The translations under genes were made by a program, and so were the position numbers. Under the pieces are notes generated by a model. The model was not told the DNA's origin. It saw nothing but the letters and a program-made list of their open reading frames with translations, and did not search any database. From Promethearchaeota archaeon (GTDB lineage Archaea; Asgardarchaeota; Lokiarchaeia; Sigyniarchaeales; SOKP01), in assembly GCA_019058295.1 (NCBI GenBank), contig JAHPZI010000023.1, forward strand, positions 12,766 through 76,765: a stretch of 64,000 nucleotides of DNA, read 5' to 3'. This document shows positions 48,974-59,560 of this stretch, one piece after another; position 1 is the stretch's first letter, and each line of letters opens with the position of its first letter.

Positions 48974-50131
48974 ATGAATAGTATAGAAAGAATATGGGCT
49001 GCCTTAAACTTAGAGGAACCAGATAGAATTCCCACCCATACCATTAATATTGATGGAAATGTTGCCGATCAATTAATAGGAAAAAAAACTGGAAGATCAA
49101 TTTTTGAAGTATTTGATGATTTAGAAGAAAAATACCCAGATTCTTGGCTTGATGAAGTCAACAACGTCTTGAATGATATTGAAATCGGAGTTTTTGCAAA
49201 ATCGGTAAGAGCAGGCTATGAATTAGGTTTTGATGGTGTTGGAATTCAATATATACCATTCATCCTCGAAAGTCAAGAAGAAATGACGGATATTTTTGGC
49301 AAACGACATAAAATAAGAAATATAGATGGAAATCCTTACCCTGACTACTATGGAGGATATATTAAAAACCGAGAAGATTGGGAAGCATATCCTAAACCAG
49401 ATTTAAAAGAAGAATATAAAAAAGCTAAGAAGTTTTATAAAGGAGTTCTAAGAAAATGTCGTGATATTAAAAATGATATTTGTATTATAGCGCAAAATGC
49501 TTTAACTTCAGTTTTTCCCCCTGTTTGGCAAGGTATGGGGATGACAAATTTTGTAATTGCATTAAAAAGAGACCCTAAGCTCATTGAGGAACGTTTTAGA
49601 TATACAACAGACTTTGTATTGACGGTTTTTAAAGCATATGCAGATTGTGGGGCTAAAATTTTTCTAGAAGGTGGTGATATAGCTTATAATAACGGACCAT
49701 TGATTAATCCTAAATATTTCGACCAATATGTTAAACCTTGCCTTCAAGAAGTTGCTGATGCTATACATGATTGGGGCGGAAAATACATATTACATACTGA
49801 TGGAGATATTACAACTCTTTTGGATTTTATCGTGGATTGTAGATTTGATGGCTTACAATGTTTGGAACCTCCACTTGTTGATCTCGATTTAGTTAAGAAA
49901 AAAGTGGGTGATAAATTATGTCTCTCAGGAAATATTGATACAAGACACGTCTTAGTAAAAGGTACTAAAGAAGAAGTTTATAATGCAGTGAAATATGCTA
50001 TTAAAAAATTGGCTCCTGGAGGTGGTTTCATGGTATCTCCTGCTAATTTTCATCCTGAGATATCAATTGAATGTTTAAAATGGATGATTGAAGCAACTAT
50101 AAAGTATGGAAAATATCCACTTCAATTATAA
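48974..50131 (+). CDS. Uroporphyrinogen decarboxylase / MtaA-like corrinoid methyltransferase family
   Basis: EPDRIP, GDIA.N.GP.I.P, HTDG, L.GNID, PGGGF motifs. Confidence 0.85.
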   Translation: MNSIERIWAALNLEEPDRIPTHTINIDGNVADQLIGKKTGRSIFEVFDDLEEKYPDSWLDEVNNVLNDIEIGVFAKSVRAGYELGFDGVGIQYIPFILESQEEMTDIFGKRHKIRNIDGNPYPDYYGGYIKNREDWEAYPKPDLKEEYKKAKKFYKGVLRKCRDIKNDICIIAQNALTSVFPPVWQGMGMTNFVIALKRDPKLIEERFRYTTDFVLTVFKAYADCGAKIFLEGGDIAYNNGPLINPKYFDQYVKPCLQEVADAIHDWGGKYILHTDGDITTLLDFIVDCRFDGLQCLEPPLVDLDLVKKKVGDKLCLSGNIDTRHVLVKGTKEEVYNAVKYAIKKLAPGGGFMVSPANFHPEISIECLKWMIEATIKYGKYPLQL

Positions 50132-50175
50132 TTTTCTATAATTTATTTTAAATAATTGTTATTCTTTATGAAATT

Positions 50176-50919
50176 ATGTCTAAACTAATATATTTAGGCT
50201 GTTTATCAAGTTCTCAATATTTAGAGACATGCAGAAATGCTGAGAAATTAATCAAATTCTTAGATAACGAATATCAAGTTCTCGACAATGTTCCTTGCTG
50301 TGGAGCTTTAGCTTATCACATTTCATCTGATGAAGAAATGCAGAATCATACACAATTTCTTAATGAATGGTTCAAAGAAAACGATGTGAGAGAACTTATT
50401 ACTATATGTGCTGGGTGCTACAATTATCTTACTCATTATTATCCCAAATATTTGGGGTCAGATTTTAATGTAAGGGTGGAGCATTTATTGCAGTTTATAA
50501 GTCGACCCGAAAATTTAAAAAAATTAAATTTAAAATATACTGGAAAAAAACTTAACATATATTATCATGATGCGTGTCATCTAAGGAATGCTGACGTTCC
50601 AATTATCGAGGAGGCACGAGAGATTTTAAATTCAATTGAAGGTCCCATTGAGCTTAGAGAATTGGAAAATAATAGAATAAATTCATTATGCTGTGGAGCA
50701 GGAGGAGGTGTTTATTCAATTTTTAAAGAAAATAGCGATTATAATTCTTTATTGATTTTTAAGCAGGCGAGAATGGCTAAAGCTCTATTAACTGCTTGCC
50801 CATTTTGTTATACTTCATTAAAAAGAATTCGAGAAGAAAATAAGATAAAGACACCTGTAATTAAAATCGAAGATTTTATCATCAGATTAATGGAAGGGGG
50901 GGATCCTATAAGTGTCTGA
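50176..50919 (+). CDS. CCG-domain Fe-S protein (LutA/GlcF/HdrB-like)
   Basis: Two CCG domains: GC, CCG, CAGC, HDACH, CCGAGGG, ACPFC. Confidence 0.9.
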   Translation: MSKLIYLGCLSSSQYLETCRNAEKLIKFLDNEYQVLDNVPCCGALAYHISSDEEMQNHTQFLNEWFKENDVRELITICAGCYNYLTHYYPKYLGSDFNVRVEHLLQFISRPENLKKLNLKYTGKKLNIYYHDACHLRNADVPIIEEAREILNSIEGPIELRELENNRINSLCCGAGGGVYSIFKENSDYNSLLIFKQARMAKALLTACPFCYTSLKRIREENKIKTPVIKIEDFIIRLMEGGDPISV

Positions 50920-52216
50920 GAAAGGAAAGGAATTATTTGAAAAAGTCAAGCAAAATATAGGCAGAACTCAAGAAAAAGGTACATTAGAAGAACAATTTGC
51001 GGAGATATGGAAGTTAGCTTGCATTATGAAATCAAAAAATTATGATTTAAGACATAAATATGATGATTCAGTTAAAGAATTCGTAGAGAAATATAAAGAC
51101 CAACTTATAGAAATGAGAGATGATTTCCTCGAAAACATTGATTATTATGTTGAAAAATGTATAGAAATGCTTAAAAAAAATGGATTTAAAGTCTATTATG
51201 CTAAAACTAATGAAGAAGCCCATGAAATTTTCATGAATGAGCTAGGGGATAATAAAGTAATCTACAAATCAAAATCGAATGAAGCAAGGGATATTGGAAT
51301 ACTTGATTTTTTGAGTGAAAATAATATTCAAGTAAAAGAAACAGACCTTGGAGATGTTCTTGTTGAATTATTTGAGTATAAACTTCCTTCATATCAAGTT
51401 GGACCTGGTATACATTTTGCTATTGAAGACATAGTAGCTAAAATTAAAGAGAAATATGGTGTTGAATTAGAACCCAACGCAAAAGCTATCGTAGAATATT
51501 ACCGTGACATATATCGTAAGGAATTATTAAATGATGTTAAAGTTTCGCTCACTTCTGCTAATGCTATCTCGGCAGAGGATGGATGTATTATGTTGATGGA
51601 AAATGAAGGTAATATTAGTATAATAACAAGAGCTACTGAAAAACATATAGTTTTAGTAGGTACAACTAAAATCGTTCCAAGTGTTTTCGATGCTCTTCTT
51701 GTAACTAAAATGATCGAAAGGACGAATGATTCTACAGTGGCTTATATTAGCCTAATATATGGTCCTTCGGGTACTGCCGATATAGGAGGAGTGACTGTTA
51801 GAGGCATGTATGGAGCTAAAGATGTAGTAGTAATTCTTGTAGATGATTGGCGTACAAAAGCAAAAGAATCTTTTTATAGCGACTTCTTACGTTGCATATC
51901 TTGTAAGACGTGCAGTTTTGTATGCACAGCATCCAGAGTATTTGGTAATATATATGCTTCTAAATATGGTTTGGGAGCCTCTGCTATAATTAGAGATTAT
52001 ATCCATAATGGAATTGAAGCTGCAGTAGAGGATGGATTGTTTTTATGTACAGGATGTGAAAATTGTACTAATTGGTGTCCCGTAGAAGTTAATATAGCAG
52101 AAATTATGAGATCAATGAAAAAAGAGGCTACTGAAAAGGGTTTGTGTCCACCGGCTTTAAAAGGATATCAACAAAAAATATTGAAGGATAAAAATCCTTT
52201 TCTTAAAAAAAGTTAA
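50912..52216 (+). CDS. lutB: LutB-like LUD-domain Fe-S protein
   Basis: KSKS, ETDLG, ENEGN, GPS.TADI, CISCKTC, CTGCENC...CP. Confidence 0.85.
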   Translation: MSEKGKELFEKVKQNIGRTQEKGTLEEQFAEIWKLACIMKSKNYDLRHKYDDSVKEFVEKYKDQLIEMRDDFLENIDYYVEKCIEMLKKNGFKVYYAKTNEEAHEIFMNELGDNKVIYKSKSNEARDIGILDFLSENNIQVKETDLGDVLVELFEYKLPSYQVGPGIHFAIEDIVAKIKEKYGVELEPNAKAIVEYYRDIYRKELLNDVKVSLTSANAISAEDGCIMLMENEGNISIITRATEKHIVLVGTTKIVPSVFDALLVTKMIERTNDSTVAYISLIYGPSGTADIGGVTVRGMYGAKDVVVILVDDWRTKAKESFYSDFLRCISCKTCSFVCTASRVFGNIYASKYGLGASAIIRDYIHNGIEAAVEDGLFLCTGCENCTNWCPVEVNIAEIMRSMKKEATEKGLCPPALKGYQQKILKDKNPFLKKS

Positions 52217-52309
52217 AGAATTAGAAAATATTATTAAATTCGCTGTAAAGTAAAGAATACAGTTATTAAATTAAAAATTATATGAAGATATTGAAAAAAG
52301 AAGATTGAG

Positions 52310-52597
52310 TTGATAAAAATTCCTAAATTAATAGAGAACGAGGAAAAGAAATTTTCTCTCTTCCTAAACAAGAATAGATGCGGAGGCTGTCAAATCTGCG
52401 TAAATGTTTGCCCAACAGGAATATTAGAAATGAGTGATATGGTGAATATGCGTATTGCTTATATTCCAAGGGTAAAGGAAGGAAAAGAGAAATACTGCAC
52501 TGCATGTCGTAGGTGCGAGTTCGGATGCCCAGATTGGGCTATATATATCTTAGAAGAAGGGAAAAGTGAAAATTTAGCAGAAAAGGTTAAAATTTAA
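52310..52597 (+). CDS. 2x[4Fe-4S] ferredoxin (2-oxoacid oxidoreductase delta subunit)
   Basis: CGGCQICVNVCP and CTACRRCEFGCP; lies directly upstream of the alpha subunit. Confidence 0.9.
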   Translation: MIKIPKLIENEEKKFSLFLNKNRCGGCQICVNVCPTGILEMSDMVNMRIAYIPRVKEGKEKYCTACRRCEFGCPDWAIYILEEGKSENLAEKVKI

Positions 52598-52610
52598 CGA
52601 GTTGATAAAT

Positions 52611-53792
52611 ATGAGTAAAGTTAACGATAAAAGATTCTTACCAGAAGGTAAGTATTTAATGATGGGCAATGTCGCAATGGCAGAAGGAGCTATTGCGGCG
52701 GGTTTAAAATTTTTTGGGGGATACCCTATTACTCCAAGTACCGAAGTAATTGAACATCTCGCAAAAAGAATGCCTGAAGTTGGAGGTTGTTGTATGCAAA
52801 TGGAAGATGAGTTAGCTTCAATTAATGCTGTAATGGGAGCATCCTTAGTTGGAGCAAAAGCAATGACTGCTACTTCAGGTCCTGGACTTGCACTTATGAG
52901 CGAGACTATTTCTTTTGCGGCAAATTTAGAAATTCCATTTGTATTTTGCGATGTCCAAAGAAATGGTCCCGGAAATGGGTTTGTTACAGACCCACATCAT
53001 AATGACATAGGTTTAATTAGATTTGCAGGAAATGGTGAATTTGGTGTAATTGCATTAGCACCGATTAATTGTCAAGAACTTTTCGATTTAACAATTATGG
53101 CATTTAATTTTGCAGAAACCTATCGTTGTCCTACTTTTATAATATCTGATGCTTATTTAGGGCATATTCATGAGGTAGTAAGTATACCAAAAAAGGAAGA
53201 AATATTGGATAAAGTCATAAAACGTGAAATTACGGATGATTGTGATACTACATATACATATACTTATTTAGATAAGGGAACCAATCAATTAATAACCCCT
53301 AAACCATTCATTATGGGTACTGAATATTGTGCTAGAAATATAGTTCAACAACCGCATGGCCCTCAGGGTTTTCCTGTAACACCAAGTAAAGCTATTGATT
53401 TTATTAAAGGAATTATTGATAAAATTAACAATAATAAAGATAAAATATGTTTAACCGATGAATATCAATTAGACGATGCAGAGATTGTTATAGTTGCATA
53501 TGGCCTGCCAGTGAGAGCAGCATATAGATCTGTGGATTTAGCTCGGGAAGAAGGAATAAAAGTAGGAGTTTTTAGATTAATAACAGTATGGCCATTTCCA
53601 GATGAGAAAGTAAAAAATGCTATTAAAAATGCTAAGGCAATAATTGTACCAGAATTGAATTATATGGGAGTAATTGCCGAACAAGTTGAACGAGTAACTG
53701 ATCCTGGAACGCCTGTAATAAGAATACCTAAAGTTTGTTTATTTCATCATCCAGATGATATTTTAAAAGTAATTATGGAGGTGGCTAAATAA
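52611..53792 (+). CDS. 2-oxoacid:ferredoxin oxidoreductase alpha subunit
   Basis: GN.A.AEGA, GYPITPSTE, QMEDE, TATSGPG, QR.GP, WPFP. ATG at 52611; alternative TTG at 52602. Confidence 0.93.
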   Translation: MSKVNDKRFLPEGKYLMMGNVAMAEGAIAAGLKFFGGYPITPSTEVIEHLAKRMPEVGGCCMQMEDELASINAVMGASLVGAKAMTATSGPGLALMSETISFAANLEIPFVFCDVQRNGPGNGFVTDPHHNDIGLIRFAGNGEFGVIALAPINCQELFDLTIMAFNFAETYRCPTFIISDAYLGHIHEVVSIPKKEEILDKVIKREITDDCDTTYTYTYLDKGTNQLITPKPFIMGTEYCARNIVQQPHGPQGFPVTPSKAIDFIKGIIDKINNNKDKICLTDEYQLDDAEIVIVAYGLPVRAAYRSVDLAREEGIKVGVFRLITVWPFPDEKVKNAIKNAKAIIVPELNYMGVIAEQVERVTDPGTPVIRIPKVCLFHHPDDILKVIMEVAK

Positions 53793-54713
53793 ATGTCTGA
53801 AGATGCTAAAGCTGCCTTGCCAAATGAAAAACCTGAACATCCCTATCTAGAGTATTCTGTAATAGGATCTTTAATTAAAAACTTCTCAACTCGGTTTTGC
53901 GCTGGCTGTGGGTATGGAATTATTGCAAATATCTTTAATAGATTTTTTCAAGATGAAAAACTTAATCCACAACAATATCCATTAGTTATTGGAGTAGGAT
54001 GTTATACTCAAATTCAAGTTATTATCCATAAAGATGTACAGAAAATTTGGGTTTTGCATGGTAGAGCCGCAGCGGTAGCTACTGGGATGAAGATGGCTAA
54101 CCCAAAATTAAAGCCTATTATTTTTTCAGGAGATGGAGATTGTTTAGGAATCGGGGGAAATCATTTCATTCATGCATGTAGAAGAAATATTGATTGTATT
54201 ATTTTCATTTTTAATAATAGCGTTTATGCGATGACTGGCGGTCAAGCAGCACCAACAACGCTCTATGGGGCAAAAAGTTCAACTACTCCATATAAGATGT
54301 TTGAAAATCGAAGTGACGGTGTAAAACTTGCTTTAGCAGCTGGAGCTACTTATGTAGCAAGAACGACCGTTGCGCATCCACGTACTCTTATGAAATATTT
54401 TAAAAAAGCATTAAATCATAGGGGGTGTTCTGTGATTGAAATTGTTACTCCATGTGTTACTTATTTTGGACGGAAAAATCTAAATAATTTAGGTTCGGAA
54501 ATAGGAGGGGAGAAAGGTGAAAAAATGGACTCAGGTGGAAGAATGATTGATTGGATAAAAAAAGTTACGGTGCGAAGAAATCAAGCAAAATTCATGAGCG
54601 AAGAGGAATTATTTAATAAATACGTTATTGGAGAATTTAGATATGAACCAGATAAACCTGAGTATTCAGAAGAATATGAAAAAATTCAGCGGATAGCTAG
54701 GGAGGCAAAATAA
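53793..54713 (+). CDS. 2-oxoacid:ferredoxin oxidoreductase beta subunit
   Basis: FCAGCG, HGRA, GDGD...IGGNH, NN..Y.MTGGQ (TPP motif), PC. Confidence 0.93.
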   Translation: MSEDAKAALPNEKPEHPYLEYSVIGSLIKNFSTRFCAGCGYGIIANIFNRFFQDEKLNPQQYPLVIGVGCYTQIQVIIHKDVQKIWVLHGRAAAVATGMKMANPKLKPIIFSGDGDCLGIGGNHFIHACRRNIDCIIFIFNNSVYAMTGGQAAPTTLYGAKSSTTPYKMFENRSDGVKLALAAGATYVARTTVAHPRTLMKYFKKALNHRGCSVIEIVTPCVTYFGRKNLNNLGSEIGGEKGEKMDSGGRMIDWIKKVTVRRNQAKFMSEEELFNKYVIGEFRYEPDKPEYSEEYEKIQRIAREAK

Positions 54714-54717
54714 TTAA

Positions 54718-55314
54718 ATGAATCGATATGAAATACGAATATCGGGATTTGGAGGACAAGGAGTAATAACTCTTAGTAAAATGATAACAATGGCAAGCTC
54801 TATCTATGAAAATTTAGCTGCGACTCAAACAGAAGCATATTCAGCAGCAGCTCGAGGTGGAAGGTGTTGGGCTGAAGTTGTAGTTGATTTGGATAGAGAC
54901 ACAAAACAAATAGATTATCCTAAAGCATTAATACCTTATGATTTTTTAATCGTTCTTTCTGAAGAATCCGCTAAAGATATCAAACGAGATTCTTTAAAAA
55001 CAGGAGATAATACTGGCTATTTAATATGGGATCCTTCTACTATTAAAAAATTCAGACTAGCACAAAAATTTAAATCTTTACGCATACCAGTTCAACGAAT
55101 GGCTTTAGAAAAATTTGGAGATACAGTTTATGGGAATTCAATTCTTTTTGGAGCGTTTACAGCTCTTTCAAAAATTTTTTCTGAGGAAGCCGCAATTGAA
55201 ACTATCAGAAATTTTGTACCAAAAGCCACTTTAGAAAAAAATTTGGAAGCTTTTGAGCTTGGAAAAGTCGAAGCAGAATATTTTTTAAAAGAACTTGAGG
55301 GTGAAAAAAAGTAA
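54718..55314 (+). CDS. 2-oxoacid:ferredoxin oxidoreductase gamma subunit
   Basis: SGFGGQGV, Y...ARGG, N...GA, N..AF..G. Confidence 0.92.
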   Translation: MNRYEIRISGFGGQGVITLSKMITMASSIYENLAATQTEAYSAAARGGRCWAEVVVDLDRDTKQIDYPKALIPYDFLIVLSEESAKDIKRDSLKTGDNTGYLIWDPSTIKKFRLAQKFKSLRIPVQRMALEKFGDTVYGNSILFGAFTALSKIFSEEAAIETIRNFVPKATLEKNLEAFELGKVEAEYFLKELEGEKK

Positions 55315-55315
55315 T

Positions 55316-57133
55316 ATGCACATTGAAAAAATAAAAAAAGGATGGCAAGAGCTCGATTCTGAAATCATCAAAACTGGTAAATGTGTCTATTGTGGGGCAT
55401 GTGGAGCGTTTTGTGCAAATATTAAATTTGATCCTGAGAAAGAAATTCCTATAGAAGATGGATCATGTAAAGATATTAACACTTGTCGAGATGGCTTTGG
55501 TTTATGTTATAACGTCTGTCCAAAAACCGGAACAGATCAAATACCATTAAATCTTTTGGATAAATGGGTATTTGGCAAAGAACACGATAAAATTTTAGGG
55601 CATTATATAAAAATTGTGTCAGTAAAGCTAACTGATGATGCAGCAGCAAAAATTCCGATACAAGCTGGACCTTTAACTGCGCTATTAAATATAGCAATGG
55701 AAGCTGGTTTAATTGATGCCTCAATAATAACTGATAAAGACGAAAATTTTAGACCTTTTCCTATAATTGCTGAAAACCAAAATGATTTATTCAAAGGTAT
55801 AGGATATAAGCCTAGCCAAAGTCCTTCGCTCTCTTTAGTGGGAGATGCTATTAACAAAGAATTTAATGACATCGCAATTGTAGGAACACCATGTCAAATT
55901 CAAGCTTTAAGAAAATTACAAAATCACCCAGGTTTTGATTTTGAGGCATATGATTTAATTTCATTAGCAATTGGAACATTTTGTTTTGGTACCTTTTATA
56001 ATCAACAATTAGCAAAATGTTTTAATGAATATTATATAAATTCGAATGAAATTAAATCTATTAATTCAATTAAAAACGATTTTAAAATGAAAATTAAAAC
56101 AGAATCTGGAGAGAAAAAGATTCCTCTTAATTATTTATATGATAATTCAGTCAGGCATGCTTGTTTTTCTTGTTCTGATTATACTGCCTCATTTGCAGAT
56201 ATCTCTGTAGGAAATGTAGGTAGCGAAGAGGGCTGGAGAACTCTCATAATTAGAACACCAAGAGGTCAAGAAATTTTCGATTTAGCTGTAAATCAAGGAA
56301 TTCTTGAAATAAAAAATCTTGATAAAGATAATGAAGAACTAATTTTAGACATAACCAGAAATAAAACTGAGATTGTAAAAATAGAATCAATCGTGGAACA
56401 CTCTCCTGAGATAAAAAGTTTTATTATTAGAAGTTCAAGAATAGCACAAGCTTATCGACCTGGAGAATTTGTTATTTTATGGCTTCCAGATGTTGATTTC
56501 TTGCCTATGTCAATTTCAAATGTAGTTGGAAATTTAATTGAAATTACTGTTCAAAAAATTGGCGAGGGTACTGCTAAATTATTTGAGCTAAAAGAAGGAG
56601 ATAATATTGGAATAAGAGGGCCTTTCGGAAGCTCTTGGAATTACGAAGATGCTCAAAATATCCTTATAGTTGGTGGTGGTATGGGTATTGCAGCACTTAC
56701 ATCCTTAATTAACCCTTTAAAAAATAATAAAAAAAATGTATTTGTTGCAATTGGAGCAAAGGATGAATCTTCATTAATTTTCTCTGATAGATTAATAGAA
56801 CTCATTCCTAATACGGCCTGTACGACTGATGATGGTTCGGTTGGAAAAAAATGTTTTGTTACTGATGAAATTGAGGAAATTATAGAAAAAGAAAATATTG
56901 ATTTAATAATAACTTGTGGCCCTGAAATAATGATGAAAAAAGTGCTTGAAATTGCTGAATCTAAAAATATCATAGTTCAAGCTTCTCTCGAAAGAAAGAT
57001 GAAATGTGGTGTGGGCTTATGCGGTTCATGTTGTATTGGAGAAAATAATGACATCTCTGTTTGTAAAGAGGGACCAATATTTAATTCTGAACAGTTGAAA
57101 AAATTCCCGCAATTTGGAACTTATATTAAATAA
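55316..57133 (+). CDS. Fusion of an FrhB/FdhB-type F420-binding domain and a PyrK-like FAD/NAD-[2Fe-2S] domain
   Basis: N-part: CVYCGACGAFC, VGTPCQI..L.K, IG.FC, C..C.D.TA..ADISVG..GS..GW. C-part: PGEF..LW, RGPFG, GGGMG.A, TDDGS.G, CGPE.M, ERKMKCGVGLCGSC..VC.EGP. ATG at 55316. Confidence 0.9.
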   Translation: MHIEKIKKGWQELDSEIIKTGKCVYCGACGAFCANIKFDPEKEIPIEDGSCKDINTCRDGFGLCYNVCPKTGTDQIPLNLLDKWVFGKEHDKILGHYIKIVSVKLTDDAAAKIPIQAGPLTALLNIAMEAGLIDASIITDKDENFRPFPIIAENQNDLFKGIGYKPSQSPSLSLVGDAINKEFNDIAIVGTPCQIQALRKLQNHPGFDFEAYDLISLAIGTFCFGTFYNQQLAKCFNEYYINSNEIKSINSIKNDFKMKIKTESGEKKIPLNYLYDNSVRHACFSCSDYTASFADISVGNVGSEEGWRTLIIRTPRGQEIFDLAVNQGILEIKNLDKDNEELILDITRNKTEIVKIESIVEHSPEIKSFIIRSSRIAQAYRPGEFVILWLPDVDFLPMSISNVVGNLIEITVQKIGEGTAKLFELKEGDNIGIRGPFGSSWNYEDAQNILIVGGGMGIAALTSLINPLKNNKKNVFVAIGAKDESSLIFSDRLIELIPNTACTTDDGSVGKKCFVTDEIEEIIEKENIDLIITCGPEIMMKKVLEIAESKNIIVQASLERKMKCGVGLCGSCCIGENNDISVCKEGPIFNSEQLKKFPQFGTYIK

Positions 57134-57179
57134 TTTCTTTATTTTAATTACTTAGAAATAATAAAAGGAGTTATCAACC

Positions 57180-58277
57180 TTGGGAAAAAACTGGAAAGAT
57201 GAGATATCTACACCTGCACTGGTAATAAATTACGACATAATGCAAAAAAATATCGAAACTATGCTTAAATTTACAAAAGAAAATAAGGTAAATTTAAGGC
57301 CTCATACAAAAACTCATAAATGTCCTGTTATTGCAAAGGAACATCTAGAAATCGCAAAACGACTCAATGCAGAAAATAAAGGAATTTGTGTGGCACGAAT
57401 AGGAGAAGCGGAAATATTTGCCCAACATGGTTTTGATGATATTTTAATAGCTAATCAGGTAATCGAACCAAATCAAATGAAACGCTTAATTGAATTAAAT
57501 AAAACCTTCTCAGTAAAAGTATGCGTTGATTATGAAAAAAATATTGTAGATTTGAATAATTTAGCTTCTAAGGAGAATGTTAAAATGGAAGTTGTGATGG
57601 AGGTTGACGTCGGGTTGGGGAGAAATGGAGTTCAACCCGGAGAACCTGCTCTAAAAATTGCTAAATTAATAAAGAAACAACCAAATTTAGATCTAATCGG
57701 ACTTCAAGGGTATGAAGGACATTTAACAGCAATAAAGGATCCTGAAATACTAAAAAGAAAAGCAGAAGAATGCATGCAAAAACTAGTCGATACAAGAGAT
57801 ATTCTTAACAAGAATGGATTTAAGATCGACTATTTAACTGCTGGGAACACGGTATCTTACAAATACTCGGGCAAGGTCGATGGAATCACCGAATTACAAA
57901 CAGGTACATATATCTTCAACGATGAACATTATTATAGAGTCTCACCAGAATTCGATATGGCAGTTACTATACTAGGGACGGTAACTAATAATCCTGGAAA
58001 TAGATATTATACCATTGATGCTGGATTAAAAGCAGCTACTAATGATAATGGTAATCCTATCTTCAAGGATTATCCTAAATGCAAAATTAGAGTAATGACA
58101 GAAGAGCACTCTATTATTAGAGCAAGTCCTAAAGATAATTTTGAAATTGGACAAAAGCTTGAATTATATCCATCCCATATTTGTACTACTGTAAATTTAT
58201 ATGATTTTTTTACTGTAGTGAAAGATGGGGAAATTATCGCAAAATGGGATATTCTAGCAAGGGGAAAAAATTATTAG
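57180..58277 (+). CDS. Fold-type III PLP enzyme (D-threonine aldolase / D-serine dehydratase family)
   Basis: TPAL, LRPHTKTHK (PLP Lys), YEGH, DAGLKA, EEH, PSHICT.VNL. Confidence 0.9.
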   Translation: MGKNWKDEISTPALVINYDIMQKNIETMLKFTKENKVNLRPHTKTHKCPVIAKEHLEIAKRLNAENKGICVARIGEAEIFAQHGFDDILIANQVIEPNQMKRLIELNKTFSVKVCVDYEKNIVDLNNLASKENVKMEVVMEVDVGLGRNGVQPGEPALKIAKLIKKQPNLDLIGLQGYEGHLTAIKDPEILKRKAEECMQKLVDTRDILNKNGFKIDYLTAGNTVSYKYSGKVDGITELQTGTYIFNDEHYYRVSPEFDMAVTILGTVTNNPGNRYYTIDAGLKAATNDNGNPIFKDYPKCKIRVMTEEHSIIRASPKDNFEIGQKLELYPSHICTTVNLYDFFTVVKDGEIIAKWDILARGKNY

Positions 58278-58299
58278 GGTTTAAGGTGTAATATAAAAT

Positions 58300-58677
58300 A
58301 TGACAAATATAGAATATTTTAATCCTGGAACTCCTGTCGCTGGGCCTTACACTCCGGGCGTTAAAGTTGGAAACTTGATTTTTGTATCAGGTCAAGGTCC
58401 TGCAGCCGGAACAACAGATATAAAAGAACAAACTTTAACTACCCTTGAGAATGTTAAAAAAATTCTGGAAGTAGCAGGATCCAAAGTCTCGAAAATAGTG
58501 AAAGTATCTGTTTTCTTGAAAAATATTAAAGATTTTGGTAAGATGAATCGAACATATAGGAAATTTCTTGAAAATAACGGAGTTGATGAAAGATTTCCAG
58601 CTAGAACAACAGTTGAAGTGGCAAATTTACCCGCAGAAGGAATGTTGATTGAAATAGATGCTATAGCAGAAATTTAA
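58300..58677 (+). CDS. ridA: RidA family enamine/imine deaminase
   Basis: GPY, FVSGQ, N...IL..AG, F..MN..Y, PARTTV (catalytic Arg), IEIDAIA. Confidence 0.92.
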   Translation: MTNIEYFNPGTPVAGPYTPGVKVGNLIFVSGQGPAAGTTDIKEQTLTTLENVKKILEVAGSKVSKIVKVSVFLKNIKDFGKMNRTYRKFLENNGVDERFPARTTVEVANLPAEGMLIEIDAIAEI

Positions 58678-58704
58678 ATTCTATTATCTAAATAAAATAA
58701 TAAA

Positions 58705-59490
58705 ATGAAAGTTGGATATGTACAAAATTCTCCTATTTTTGGAGAGAAAGAAAAAAATTTTGCTCAGATCGAAAAGTTAACAGATAAAATTGAAGCGGAT
58801 TTAATAGTTCTTCCGGAACTTTTTGCAACTGGTTATACATTTATTTCAAAAGAAGAAGCATATAATATGGCTGAAATTATAAATGGAGATACATCAATCT
58901 TTCTACAGCAAGTCTCCCAGAAAACGGGGGCTATTATTGTTGGCGGATTTGTTGAAAAAGAAGGATCTGAAATCTATAATTCTTCAATGATGGTTTTTAA
59001 AGAGAAAATCATTGGCACATATAAAAAAATTCATCTTTATAATAAAGAAAAAATATGGTTTTCTCCGGGAAATAAACAATTTATGGTATATGAAATTAAT
59101 AATGTTAATATTGGAATAATGATATGTTTTGATTGGATTTTTCCTGAATCGGCAAGATCGCTTGCTCTTCTTGGCGCAGATATTATTGCGCATTCTGCAA
59201 ATTTGGTTCTTCCGTATTGTCAGAATGCAATGAAAACTCGCTGTCTTGAAAATCGAGTTTATGCAATTACTGCAAATCGAATAGGAACGGAAGAAAGAGG
59301 TGAAGATAAATTTATATTTACTGGAGCTAGTCAGATAACCGCATTTGATGGTAAGATTTTATCATCCGCTCCTGTAAATGAAATATTTGTTGATATTGTT
59401 GATATTGATATAAATGCTGCTCGCAATAAATCTCTAAATGAATTTAATAATTTATTTAAAGATCGAAGACAAGAACTTTATAAACTTTAA
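58705..59490 (+). CDS. Carbon-nitrogen hydrolase (nitrilase superfamily)
   Basis: E-K-C triad: LPELF, YKKIHL, ICFDWIFPE. Confidence 0.92.
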   Translation: MKVGYVQNSPIFGEKEKNFAQIEKLTDKIEADLIVLPELFATGYTFISKEEAYNMAEIINGDTSIFLQQVSQKTGAIIVGGFVEKEGSEIYNSSMMVFKEKIIGTYKKIHLYNKEKIWFSPGNKQFMVYEINNVNIGIMICFDWIFPESARSLALLGADIIAHSANLVLPYCQNAMKTRCLENRVYAITANRIGTEERGEDKFIFTGASQITAFDGKILSSAPVNEIFVDIVDIDINAARNKSLNEFNNLFKDRRQELYKL

Positions 59491-59560
59491 AGATTGAGAA
59501 TGAAATATGATAAAAAACTTATTATATGGGATATATCCAAAATAGTATAATGAAGGTGAA

